A stretch of 63,473 nucleotides of DNA, the filler included, from an uncultured Methanosarcinales archaeon (GTDB taxonomy: Archaea > Nanobdellota > Nanobdellia > Woesearchaeales > CAXGTL01), in assembly GCA_964535955.1 (NCBI GenBank). It is 7 parts of 6 records of this genome, joined end to end, with 100 filler letters (N's around TTAATTAATTAA, not from the genome) between each part and the next. Parts side by side here need not be neighbours in the genome. Positions count along the whole stretch, not along the records: positions 29,068 to 54,752 come from CAZHVK010000017.1; 6 more parts are not named here. One strand, given 5' to 3'. The notes beneath the pieces were generated by a model. That model was not told the origin of the DNA. It ran no database searches and saw only the letters and a program-made list of their open reading frames with translations. Both the position numbers and the translations under genes were made by a program. Shown piece by piece: positions 30,371 through 39,743 of the stretch. Numbering within the stretch: the first letter of the stretch is position 1; each line of letters opens with the position of its first letter.

Positions 30371-31387
30371 CTATTCAAAAATCTGCCTAACAACTTCAGT
30401 CGCATAACTTCCTTTTGGTAATTTAAACAAAATCTTTAAAATATACTTTTTCTTATTATCCCCATATTCTGTCACATGACTAATCTCAAAATCATAAGCA
30501 TTAACAAATAAATCCCTTTCAGCACCTTCTTGACTTAAGAAAGGCAAAGACCTAATTATAAAATCCCTAAACACAAGATCTTGTTGTTTCATTATTTTAT
30601 CAATAATAGATCCCAGTTTATTATTTTCAACACTAGTACCAAAGCCTAATATGGGAACCTTAATATTTTTCATATTTTTCATATTTTTAATACTTTTCTT
30701 ACCAATATATTTTGTAACAGCTTCATTCCACATCTTTGACTGATAAGCATGAACAAACAATTTCAGCAATTTCTCAGAAACTAATTTCAAAGCACCAACA
30801 TAGTCATTTTTTCTCTCACCTAGATACTCTGTAAATCTTATATTCAGTTTATCATTAGTTTCAGAGATTAGTTCAACAGCTTTTTTAAAATCATTTTTAA
30901 CAATTGCTTTTCCAACATCAGCATTATTCTTAGAAAATCTCTGCGATCCAAAATAATTAATAATTTTGATTTTACTTACATCTTTATATTTCTTCTTAAA
31001 CTCATTAATCTCTTTTTTAGTCAAATTATGAATACAAATACCAAAATGATTGCCTTTTGAATCACCTAAAAACAAAGCTTTATTAGAATATCCATAAAAA
31101 GTAATTTTTATTTTCTCAGAAGGTGTGCTAAAACGCATTAACTTATCCCTATACTTTCTAGGAACAGTGATAAACTGGCTAGTAATTGCATTTTTATCTT
31201 TGTTTCCAGCAAAACCAATAAATCTTTCCTTTATGCCTAAATAATGTGCTATTCTTTTTATCACATCCAAAGTATTGTAACCTGTTTTATCAAGAATAAA
31301 TACTGCATATATTCCATTCTCAACTAACTCAATATCCATAAGTTCAGCTACAATAAAATCAGATGATTTTTGTTTTATTTTATACAT
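30371..31387 (-). CDS. truD: tRNA pseudouridine synthase TruD
   Basis: FAGNKDKNAITSQ, GNHF, NYFGSQRF, HAYQS, LPKGSYAT. Confidence 0.95.
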   Translation of the reverse strand: MYKIKQKSSDFIVAELMDIELVENGIYAVFILDKTGYNTLDVIKRIAHYLGIKERFIGFAGNKDKNAITSQFITVPRKYRDKLMRFSTPSEKIKITFYGYSNKALFLGDSKGNHFGICIHNLTKKEINEFKKKYKDVSKIKIINYFGSQRFSKNNADVGKAIVKNDFKKAVELISETNDKLNIRFTEYLGERKNDYVGALKLVSEKLLKLFVHAYQSKMWNEAVTKYIGKKSIKNMKNMKNIKVPILGFGTSVENNKLGSIIDKIMKQQDLVFRDFIIRSLPFLSQEGAERDLFVNAYDFEISHVTEYGDNKKKYILKILFKLPKGSYATEVVRQIFE

Positions 31388-31414
31388 TATGTTACCTACC
31401 ACTACCACCTAATT

Positions 31415-32446
31415 TTACTTATACCTAATATTCAAATAAGCCAAACACAAGCCACCAACAAACAGGGAAAAGAAATAGAATATAAATCTATCTACCACAG
31501 CAACAGTTGCAGCTATAGAAGAACCAATACCAAATGAAAAATAAAGACTAATCATAACAGTTTCAATCAAACCAATTCCACCTGGAACAAAGATAATTGA
31601 CCCAATCAATAATGACAATGTAACAACAATAATAACAGCAAGAAAACTAACATCATAAGAAAATGCTTTAAACAAGAAATATGTTCCAATATAATTAAAA
31701 AACCACATAACAAAACTCAGAATAAGAGTATTTTTAAAGATCTTTTTTTGATATAAAAGTCTTTTTGATGTATTGACTATATTATCAAATCTTTCAACAA
31801 AATATCCTTCAAATTTCTTATATGTACTGAATTTTTTTCTTACAAATCTAAATAAAAAGAAATTATAAACAACTAACAATATTTTTGTTATATATCTTTT
31901 TTTGAATATTATTTTTTTCTTCAAGACTACAGAACCTAAGATAAGCACCAATATAAGCAAAAGAATTATCTCAAGAAAAACCTTTAATTTCAAACCAATA
32001 TCCACAAACAATATTACAAATAATATTGAAAAAATACTCAAAAAAGAAAATGCAACAGTATTAGCAACCTTATCAATAAGAGTTGTTGCAAAAAACCTTG
32101 ATTTCTCAACATTATAAATCTTAGAAAGATAATAAGCTCTTAATGGCTCACCACCTACTCTTGCTCCTGGTGTTGTTGAATTAACAAAAGAACCAGCTAA
32201 AAGAATAAGAAGTGTATGACGAAATTTAACATCAGTCAATTCTTTTAACAAGAGATACCATTTAAGATTCCAGGTAATGAATAGGACAAACCCAGACAAA
32301 AATGCCAACACAATATATTTCACTTTAGCAATCTTCAAATTATCATAAATCTTAATAAAACCAATCTCTTTAAGTATAAAATAAAGAACAACCAAAACTA
32401 ATACAAATACAATAAACTTTATTAAATTTTTAATGCTTTTTTCCAT
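31415..32446 (-). CDS. Lysylphosphatidylglycerol-synthase-TM/flippase-like membrane protein
   Basis: TPGARVGGEPLR and PGGIGLIE motifs; multiple TM segments. Confidence 0.88.
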   Translation of the reverse strand: MEKSIKNLIKFIVFVLVLVVLYFILKEIGFIKIYDNLKIAKVKYIVLAFLSGFVLFITWNLKWYLLLKELTDVKFRHTLLILLAGSFVNSTTPGARVGGEPLRAYYLSKIYNVEKSRFFATTLIDKVANTVAFSFLSIFSILFVILFVDIGLKLKVFLEIILLLILVLILGSVVLKKKIIFKKRYITKILLVVYNFFLFRFVRKKFSTYKKFEGYFVERFDNIVNTSKRLLYQKKIFKNTLILSFVMWFFNYIGTYFLFKAFSYDVSFLAVIIVVTLSLLIGSIIFVPGGIGLIETVMISLYFSFGIGSSIAATVAVVDRFIFYFFSLFVGGLCLAYLNIRYK

Positions 32447-32457
32447 ATTAACCTCGC

Positions 32458-33135
32458 TTAAACAACATCTCTATCAAGAACAAACTCTTTACTTTTAAAC
32501 CTATACAAAGCAGCAGGCCTATGCGCACCTTCCATCTTTGTCTGAGATGTTTTTTCTACTAAATCAAGTTGTTTAATCTTTTTTCTAAAATTCCTTTTAT
32601 CAAACTTCTTGTCAAAAATGATTTCATAAACACCTTGTAATTCTGTTAATGTAAACAATTCTGGCAATAGTTGAAATCCTGCTGTTGTGTATTCTAATTT
32701 ATATCTTAATCTTTGTAATGCATATTCTAATATTTTTTTATGATCAAAAGCTAGTTTTGGCAAAGAATACATAGAATACCACTCTGCTTTTTTAACATCT
32801 GTCTTTGCTTTTAGTTCTATTTTTTCAGAATTAATCAATGCAAAATATGCAATTGTTATGACCCTGCCCCTAGGATCTCTTTTAACATCACCAAAAGTAT
32901 ATAATTGTTCTAGATAAACATCTTTGATTCCTGTTTCTTCATAAAGCTCTCTTTGAGCAGCTTTTTCAACAGATTCATCAATATGTACAAATCCACCAGG
33001 TATTGCCCACATACCTTTGAATGGCTCTATTCCTCTACTAATGAGCAATACTTTTAGATCATTGTTTCTTACTGTGAAAATTATAAGGTCAACTGTAACA
33101 CTTGGTTTTTCATATTTATGTATATTTGTTTTCAT
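32458..33135 (-). CDS. nrtR: NrtR-family Nudix-wHTH transcriptional repressor
   Basis: Nudix box GGF...ESVEKAAQRELYEETG, RDPRGRV, LAFDH, C-terminal FTLTELQ..YE...DKRNFR...RPAALY. Confidence 0.92.
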   Translation of the reverse strand: MKTNIHKYEKPSVTVDLIIFTVRNNDLKVLLISRGIEPFKGMWAIPGGFVHIDESVEKAAQRELYEETGIKDVYLEQLYTFGDVKRDPRGRVITIAYFALINSEKIELKAKTDVKKAEWYSMYSLPKLAFDHKKILEYALQRLRYKLEYTTAGFQLLPELFTLTELQGVYEIIFDKKFDKRNFRKKIKQLDLVEKTSQTKMEGAHRPAALYRFKSKEFVLDRDVV

Positions 33136-33140
33136 CTTAA

Positions 33141-33161
33141 TTAGTGTTATTAAAACATTTA
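33141..33161. promoter_or_regulatory. Putative NrtR operator (autoregulation)
   Basis: TTAGT-GT-TATTAAA-AC-ATTTA, GT-N7-AC core between the TATA-like box and the nrtR start. Confidence 0.65.
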
Positions 33162-33201
33162 GTATTTATATGTGTTTTGGTTTGTATTTGTACTTCATAC
33201 A

Positions 33202-33359
33202 AAAAATCCGTCTGTGATGTCAGAAACCATAGGTTTCTGAGCATGCTCAGAAATGCTTTGCATTTCTGACACATCAATGCCAGAGATGCCGTAGGCATTG
33301 ATGGCATGGCCAGATGAAGTTTCGCTGAACAAAGTGAAGCGAAACGTAATAGGATTTTT
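33202..33359 (+). repeat. Composite nested-hairpin intergenic element
   Basis: Closing stem aaaaatcc/ggattttt; contains a family B insert, atgcca-GA-..tgccGTAggca..-GA-tggcat and gtttcgct-GA-ac-aaa-gt-GA-agcgaaac hairpins. Confidence 0.7.
33218..33271. mobile_element. Family B twin-hairpin insertion, copy 3
   Basis: tgTCAGAAACC-ata-GGTTTCTGA-gcatgc-TCAGAAATGC-ttt-GCATTTCTGAca. Confidence 0.75.
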
Positions 33360-33383
33360 GGATGAAGTTGATTTATATTTGTA

Positions 33384-34352
33384 CTAATATGACTTACTAA
33401 TAGCATAAAACACATTAAGAGCACTTATAACAGAATCCCTATCCATGCATATATCATCACCAAGCATAAATGTTCTATAACCCATCCTCAATAAATTATC
33501 AATTTCATTAATATCAGCACACGATGGCTCTAGACTATAAGTTAAAGAACTTAACAATCTAGAAGCAACAATTGCATTTGGATCTTTTTTAATAATATCT
33601 TCTGTAGCTTTTATAATATGATGAGGCATTCTTAATTCAACAAAAAGATCACCCCTAGCAGCCATTAACCTAGACTTACCTGACACAACATCATCACCTT
33701 TATTCCAATAATGATTTACATAATCCAATCCTTTTAATGATTCTATTTTCTCAACAATATTTGCATCAGGATCAAGCTCATACATCGTCTTAACATCTTC
33801 TGTATGTTCAACAAATGAAATCATATAATCATGAATACCTATTTTTTTTGCAGCATTTATATAATCCTTACAAACATCTGTAAAATAACCATCTATTTTC
33901 AAAGAATTATCAGGTATATTAACAGATTCACCAGGACCAATCACACGCTTAGGCCCTTCCAACATAATCAACTTATTCCCATCTACTCTAACAAGAGTTG
34001 CAACTTCTTTACCATCACTAAAATAAGCTTTTGTAGGAGTATTGACTTTGATATCATGACTAACCTCAACCTCTGTAAAAGGTGGAACCCAATAACCTTT
34101 AACACGTAGTTGTCTGCATTTTAGATCAATCCATAACTTTTTGTCAAGATGTTTGACTTCAGAATGCAATCTATCAAGTACTTCTTCAAGAGATTCTTTG
34201 ACAGGCATTACAGTGTTAAGCCGCAAACCAGACACCACAGGATGTGCTGCAACTTCTCTGATAAATGATGCATATGGTGGAATTGTGACTATGACATTTG
34301 GTTTATTTGCATTTATTTTATTTGTAATTCTTTTATCTGTATTTATTTTCAT
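33384..34352 (-). CDS. Divergent pyruvate-kinase-like barrel protein lacking the C domain
   Basis: LRLN, DLKCRQLR, EKIES, MAARGDLFVE echo PK motifs; only 322 aa. Confidence 0.75.
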   Translation of the reverse strand: MKINTDKRITNKINANKPNVIVTIPPYASFIREVAAHPVVSGLRLNTVMPVKESLEEVLDRLHSEVKHLDKKLWIDLKCRQLRVKGYWVPPFTEVEVSHDIKVNTPTKAYFSDGKEVATLVRVDGNKLIMLEGPKRVIGPGESVNIPDNSLKIDGYFTDVCKDYINAAKKIGIHDYMISFVEHTEDVKTMYELDPDANIVEKIESLKGLDYVNHYWNKGDDVVSGKSRLMAARGDLFVELRMPHHIIKATEDIIKKDPNAIVASRLLSSLTYSLEPSCADINEIDNLLRMGYRTFMLGDDICMDRDSVISALNVFYAISKSY

Positions 34353-34417
34353 TTTTTTTCACCTTGTTTCTAAAAATCAAAACAAAAAAAACAAAAAAAA
34401 TAAAAAAAAAACAAGAC

Positions 34418-34825
34418 TTACTGTGAAAGTAAATCTTCTAAAGCTTTGAAAGTCATTATTCCAATTGCTCTTTTCTCAGCTTCTGGAAATAATGCTTCAT
34501 ATGTTCTAAGGATCCTTGTTTCATCAGGTGCATCTGTTACAGATTCAACAAGTGCATTTGATAACTCGATTCTTCTGTTATCACCATACAATTTTCCTCT
34601 TATGTAACCTTTTGAAATTGCTTGTGGTTCTAATTCACCATCCCTAACTTCATAAGCAGAGTCTATAACAATTCCTTTTGAACTGTTTGAAACAATTCCA
34701 AAATACTTTGCACGTGTTGTAGTGACAATTGAATACACATCACTTACATTGTTTACAACATCACTCACACTTGCAGGCATTGTTGGACTTGTTGGTACTG
34801 TTGGTTTTATTTCTTGTTCTGACAT
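34418..34825 (-). CDS. Hypothetical protein
   Basis: 135-aa ORF with GGAGG RBS, inside the operon. Confidence 0.75.
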   Translation of the reverse strand: MSEQEIKPTVPTSPTMPASVSDVVNNVSDVYSIVTTTRAKYFGIVSNSSKGIVIDSAYEVRDGELEPQAISKGYIRGKLYGDNRRIELSNALVESVTDAPDETRILRTYEALFPEAEKRAIGIMTFKALEDLLSQ

Positions 34826-34840
34826 TTTAATTTACCTCCA

Positions 34841-35848
34841 TTACTTTGATTTTGCTTTATCATACATCTCACTAAGAGATGCTGATTTTGATTTTGCAGA
34901 TGTCCCAAAAACTACAGAATTACTAGAATCTTCAGAATCAGGAATAAATCTCAAAGATTCTTTTACTAATTCTTTTTCACTATCATCTTGTCTTGCACTC
35001 ATATTGTCATCAAAGTCACTAAACTCTCCCCAATGTTTTGCAATCAAACCAATTGCAACATCAACAGCTCTTTCACAGCTAGGCAGATCAACAATCTTTT
35101 GTTTTCCAATCACTTTTGCCCAATGTTTTTTCACTTGTTCAGTTGTTCCATCATTATAACCACCACCGTATGGTTTTTGCAGATAAAACAAATTAAACTT
35201 CTGCATAAGTGACTTCCAGACTTTTGCTGATTCTAGTTTTCCTTGCAACTTATCCCCAATGTAATGCTCTGCTTGCTCAGGACTGACTTTGTTGTAAAAC
35301 TTTTCATCCCCATAGATCAATAAAAAAGGAGACTTTGCATTAGGCAGTTTACAATGTTTGTCAATAAAATAAGCAAACAATTCATATGTTTCACTTATTT
35401 GGCCACCGCCACCTCCCTCTGCACCAAGTGCTTTGATCTTATCTTCTAATGCAACCCCTTTTTCAAAATCATTCACTTGCAAAGGATATACATCAGAGTT
35501 TGCATCACCGATTGCACAAAAACATATCTCAACATCTTGTTTATACTGAGACAATGTCTGGTACATTAATGGCAGTCTGTCAAATATTTCTCCTGGCCAA
35601 GTGTCCATTGATCCTGTTACATCGATTGCAACAATAATTGGATTCTTACTATTGCTTGAGATCTTTTTTCCAAGCGGATCAACTAAATCCATGTTTGGTG
35701 CTCTATTCAATGCATAGGATCTTCCTCCTCTTTTTGTAGATGTTGATGCAAGACTATCAAGATACGGTTTTCTTGCATCATCATACTTATACTTTGTTGG
35801 TTTTTTCCAATCAGAGGTGCTACCTCCCCACGAATACATTTTTCTCAT
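34841..35848 (-). CDS. vWA (MIDAS) domain protein
   Basis: IDVTGSM, AIGDA, EGGGGG..ETYEL, YGDE. Confidence 0.85.
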   Translation of the reverse strand: MRKMYSWGGSTSDWKKPTKYKYDDARKPYLDSLASTSTKRGGRSYALNRAPNMDLVDPLGKKISSNSKNPIIVAIDVTGSMDTWPGEIFDRLPLMYQTLSQYKQDVEICFCAIGDANSDVYPLQVNDFEKGVALEDKIKALGAEGGGGGQISETYELFAYFIDKHCKLPNAKSPFLLIYGDEKFYNKVSPEQAEHYIGDKLQGKLESAKVWKSLMQKFNLFYLQKPYGGGYNDGTTEQVKKHWAKVIGKQKIVDLPSCERAVDVAIGLIAKHWGEFSDFDDNMSARQDDSEKELVKESLRFIPDSEDSSNSVVFGTSAKSKSASLSEMYDKAKSK

Positions 35849-35961
35849 CCTCCATATATTTTTTTAGAGCTAAAGCTATGTCTATTCAAATCTTCTACAA
35901 GATATGAGAGAGCTACAGCTAGCTCTAAATCAATCTATTTACTCAATCTAGAACCCTCAAA

Positions 35962-36747
35962 CTAAAGTTTTGTCTTAGCATACACAGATGTATGCCTTCT
36001 TCCAAAGACTTTATACCTTATGTCTGAAAGTTCCTTAATCAGATTTTGTTTTTCCCAATTCGGTCTTTGAACAGGGTCAAACTTAAGCAATGCATTGCAA
36101 AAATCTGCAATTTCCTTAGGAACATCATCTGGAAATGATTTTGATTTAATATCACCACCTAATGCATAAAGCATTACCATTCCTGCTCCATAAAGGTCTG
36201 TCTCAGGTATTGGTGGTTTTTTTTGTATAATCTCAGGAGGAGCATATAATGCAGTGCATCCTTCTGGCTTTGTCAAACTAGTTGGTCTATAAACAGATAA
36301 ACCAAAATCAATTAACTTGATATCATGCTCTTTTTTTTCAACAAGAACATTACCTGGTTTTACATCACCATGTATAACACCATGATAATGACAATAAAAT
36401 AATGTTTCTAACAATCTTTCACCTATCCAACAAACATCTTCAGCATGTAGTCTTGAACCAGTTGGAATCAAGTCTTCAATTGATTTGCCATTAATATAAT
36501 CCATTATCATTATATAACTTCCATCTTTTATTTGCATGAATTCTTTTGCTTGAGGAATTGAATGATGATTAGTCCTCCATAAGATTTTTGCTTCTTGTCT
36601 CAGTAATTCAATTACATCAGGAGAATTGTCTTTGCTTTGTTTAATACATGCAAGTTCATCTAATACAATGTGCCTTGCTTGAAAGATCCTTGCAAATCCT
36701 CCTTCATTGATCATATCTAATAATTCATAATTACCTATGTTTACCAT
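35962..36747 (-). CDS. Hanks-type Ser/Thr protein kinase
   Basis: EGGFARIF, CIK, HGDVKPGN, DFG, YAPPE, DLYG; start ATG 36747 with GAGGT RBS. Confidence 0.95.
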   Translation of the reverse strand: MVNIGNYELLDMINEGGFARIFQARHIVLDELACIKQSKDNSPDVIELLRQEAKILWRTNHHSIPQAKEFMQIKDGSYIMIMDYINGKSIEDLIPTGSRLHAEDVCWIGERLLETLFYCHYHGVIHGDVKPGNVLVEKKEHDIKLIDFGLSVYRPTSLTKPEGCTALYAPPEIIQKKPPIPETDLYGAGMVMLYALGGDIKSKSFPDDVPKEIADFCNALLKFDPVQRPNWEKQNLIKELSDIRYKVFGRRHTSVYAKTKL

Positions 36748-36748
36748 T

Positions 36749-37375
36749 CTAAACCTCTGTTGTGTGAAGTTTTTCTTGCATAAAATTTTCATGTGACATA
36801 TAATCTGTACCAATTAATGTGGACAGTGTTTGTAGACCAAATTCTTTTCTAAAGCTCTCAACTAAATGATTTTTTTCAAGAAATTCAGCAACAACATTTG
36901 GTACATATTGCTTCCAATTATTTCCACCTTTTGCCATCTCCATTCTTACAACAGTTCCTTTTATCCATTCCCATTTTTCCTTTGGAATGAATTCAGAGGA
37001 ATGAATAATTTTATAATGTGGTTTTAATAATTCAACTGTATAATCATTTGCAGTTACAAAAGCATCAAGATTATTATACTGTTCTTTTATTTCTTGAACC
37101 CATCTTTGCCCATCACTATATTCTGGAATATGCCCATAATCAGGAATAAAAACAAATTCATAATTTGAAAACCTGGGTGATAAGTATGTATTAATCATTT
37201 CCTTTGTTTCATCTGGTGTTAAAAAATTTCTCAGATTATATTTATTACAGCTGCCAATCCCTATTACAACATGATCAACATTAGCACAAATACAATCAAG
37301 CATCTTTGCACTTCCATTATGCAATGGTTTGAATCTTCCAACAAGTCCTACTCTTTCCAATTTTTTTTCTAACAT
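36749..37375 (-). CDS. NMN/NaMN adenylyltransferase (NadM-like cytidylyltransferase fold)
   Basis: GRFKPLHNG, IGIGS, N.LT..E, W...VP motifs; NAD cluster context. Confidence 0.82.
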   Translation of the reverse strand: MLEKKLERVGLVGRFKPLHNGSAKMLDCICANVDHVVIGIGSCNKYNLRNFLTPDETKEMINTYLSPRFSNYEFVFIPDYGHIPEYSDGQRWVQEIKEQYNNLDAFVTANDYTVELLKPHYKIIHSSEFIPKEKWEWIKGTVVRMEMAKGGNNWKQYVPNVVAEFLEKNHLVESFRKEFGLQTLSTLIGTDYMSHENFMQEKLHTTEV

Positions 37376-37812
37376 GATTTTTTCCTCTCATACTCTAAAA
37401 AATCTCTAATTATTTTTGGATGATCAAATACAATTTTGTCTACTTCTTTTCTATCATTGGTTGCAAGCAGATATTCCAGATGATTATATCCACAAAGTAT
37501 CACTTCTTTTGCATCATCACCAGCTCTTAGCTTGCCTTTTCCTAAAGCAACATAAACAACTGATACTACATGTCCTCTTGGATCTCTCTCAGGATCAGAA
37601 TAAACACCTAACAAAGCTTGTATCTTTATATCTAAGTTAGTCTCTTCTTTTGCTTCTTTTATTGCATTTTGTTCTGTTGTTAAACCATATTCTAACATTC
37701 CACCAGGTATTGCAATTCCATGTGGATAATCTCTTCTTTTAATTAAGACTAAATTACCTTGATACTTGATCAAGATATCAGTTGCAATTAATGGTGTTTT
37801 TGGTCTTGACAT
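37369..37812 (-). CDS. Nudix hydrolase (ADP-ribose pyrophosphatase-like)
   Basis: PGG..EYG......AIKEAKEETNL, RDPRGH, AGDDA, FDH. Confidence 0.9.
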   Translation of the reverse strand: MSRPKTPLIATDILIKYQGNLVLIKRRDYPHGIAIPGGMLEYGLTTEQNAIKEAKEETNLDIKIQALLGVYSDPERDPRGHVVSVVYVALGKGKLRAGDDAKEVILCGYNHLEYLLATNDRKEVDKIVFDHPKIIRDFLEYERKKSC

Positions 37813-38141
37813 TATAATCTTCCTCCAAAGTCAGGTTCATAAGCAACTGGTTTTGTTTTTTCAGTATATTGTATATGGCCACATAATTCACAAATCCTTT
37901 TCCATTTTTCCTCTGTTTTTGCTGGAACATGTACTGGTCCTCTCCAATCAACACCCATTGTTCCAGGTGGGTCACCAGGAATTGTGTATGCTTCTGTATG
38001 AACAGGATCATAGATTGGTTTACCATACTGATGTTGACAAGTACTAACAATAGTTGAAAGTCTGTTTTTAGATTCTGTAAGTTCTTTTTGCAACTTTGCA
38101 ATTTTATCTCTCAAATTATTAGTATTATTCATTTCAATCAC
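37812..38141 (-). CDS. Hypothetical protein (coiled coil, CQH...CxxC)
   Basis: Translationally coupled to both neighbours. Confidence 0.7.
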   Translation of the reverse strand: MIEMNNTNNLRDKIAKLQKELTESKNRLSTIVSTCQHQYGKPIYDPVHTEAYTIPGDPPGTMGVDWRGPVHVPAKTEEKWKRICELCGHIQYTEKTKPVAYEPDFGGRL

Positions 38142-38992
38142 CTATATTCTAATGAAACTTTCCCAACTGGTGGCACTTTTCTTTTATGTTCAGTTGTCTT
38201 ATGTCTATGATCAACATCTGTTATGATTTTCATATCATAACTAGTTATTTTTTTAATTTGTTCAGCACTCATACCTTGATCATAACCTCTTTGGATCTTA
38301 TGAGCCTGCATATATGTGTAACCAAGTTCTCCTTCATCAGTTTGTCCTTCCCACAAACCAGCTGTTGGAATTCTGCCAACAAGATCTTTGTCTACTCCAA
38401 GATATGCTGCTAATTCTCTTACAAGATGTTTAGGAAGGTTACCTAAGATATTATTGTCAACTGCTCCATCACCACGCTTAGTAAAATAACCTAGAACATA
38501 ATCTTCATCATAATTACCAGTACCCATTACTCTACAATTCATTGCACCTGCATATCTTGACAAAACATCTGCTCTGATTTCTGCATAAAGATTTCCAATA
38601 TCAAATGAACTTTGTAATACTTCTCCTATCTGTTCAATATAAACATCAGCAATTGGCTGTATTGGTACAACATGATACTCAAGACCTAATTTTTCAGCAA
38701 CCCTTATTCCATCTTCTGCATCTTTTGGATTATTTGCATCAGAAGGCATTACCAGACCAATTAATTTTAATGGTTCTTTGTCAGGGTTTGCATTATTATA
38801 AGAATCAAATGCAAGTTTACACAAATATGCAGTAGTTGTTGAATCAATACCACCTGACAAACCAACAACACCACCTTTTGCACCTGTTCCAGGTATCCAT
38901 TTCAAGATCTGATCACATAATTCATGTGCAGCATATTCAGGATTGGTCTCAAAATATGCAATTTCTATTTTTTCTTCTAAATTTTGGTTCAT
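38138..38992 (-). CDS. nadE: NH3-dependent NAD+ synthetase
   Basis: VGLSGGIDS, GTGN..E...GYFTK.GDG, PTAGLWEGQTDE.ELG.TY, HKR. Confidence 0.95.
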   Translation of the reverse strand: MNQNLEEKIEIAYFETNPEYAAHELCDQILKWIPGTGAKGGVVGLSGGIDSTTTAYLCKLAFDSYNNANPDKEPLKLIGLVMPSDANNPKDAEDGIRVAEKLGLEYHVVPIQPIADVYIEQIGEVLQSSFDIGNLYAEIRADVLSRYAGAMNCRVMGTGNYDEDYVLGYFTKRGDGAVDNNILGNLPKHLVRELAAYLGVDKDLVGRIPTAGLWEGQTDEGELGYTYMQAHKIQRGYDQGMSAEQIKKITSYDMKIITDVDHRHKTTEHKRKVPPVGKVSLEYR

Positions 38993-39007
38993 TTTTCATC
39001 AATCCTC

Positions 39008-39742
39008 CTAAAGTCTATCCTCTAAAACATCTTGAGTTGTAACAAGTTTTGCACCTGCAGCAACCATTTCTTCTAAAGCTTTTTTACCAAAGTCAGGATC
39101 AATATTTCCTTGAAAATCAATATCAACTTCTTCAATTGCATCTGTTACAACATATATCTCCAGATTGCTTCCACATTTTTCTTTACAATCAACCATTGCT
39201 AAAACAGCTGCTTTTACACAATAATCAGTTGCAAATCCATTTACAATTATTTTTTCTAAACCATTATCAAGAAGTCTCTTAAACATTGGTTCAAAATTAG
39301 GATTTGTTGCAACATCATAAGCTTGTTTTTCAAATATTAGCTGCATACCATTATCAGCTGCATCTGCAAATGTTTCTATCTCTTGTGCAGAATAGTGTCT
39401 AATTCCTAATTTAGGTCCTTCTTTTCTTTGTATGTAGATATCTTTTTGAGGTTCTAATTCCTTTAACCTAAGCTGACCCCATGTTCCATTCATACAATGA
39501 TCATCAAACACTCCACCTTCATTCCTTATTAACTCAGCATCTTCATAAAAATGCCTATCAGATGAACCTAATCTAACCCACTTTTCTTCATCTGCATGTT
39601 TATGTATTTTATAGATTCTAGGTAATCTTTCCTCAGCTCCATAAGGCTGAGCAATTTTTTCTTTATTAGCATGTACAAATAAAGCACCTTCTCTAACAGA
39701 AAAATCATATTGTACATCTGTTTCATATATTGCAGTTTTCAT
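39008..39742 (-). CDS. pncA: Nicotinamidase (isochorismatase family)
   Basis: DVQYDF..GAL.V, DRH, HC..GT.G, FEK, GFATDYCV. Confidence 0.88.
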   Translation of the reverse strand: MKTAIYETDVQYDFSVREGALFVHANKEKIAQPYGAEERLPRIYKIHKHADEEKWVRLGSSDRHFYEDAELIRNEGGVFDDHCMNGTWGQLRLKELEPQKDIYIQRKEGPKLGIRHYSAQEIETFADAADNGMQLIFEKQAYDVATNPNFEPMFKRLLDNGLEKIIVNGFATDYCVKAAVLAMVDCKEKCGSNLEIYVVTDAIEEVDIDFQGNIDPDFGKKALEEMVAAGAKLVTTQDVLEDRL

Positions 39743-39743
39743 T

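Noticed and set aside
33137..33424. Short ORFs over structured elements (33137-33424, 19056-19322, 19372-19590, 57691-57927, 60289-60519, N-terminal extension of 3527-4234)
   Set aside because: They are by-products of GC-richer palindromic DNA and show no protein-like features.
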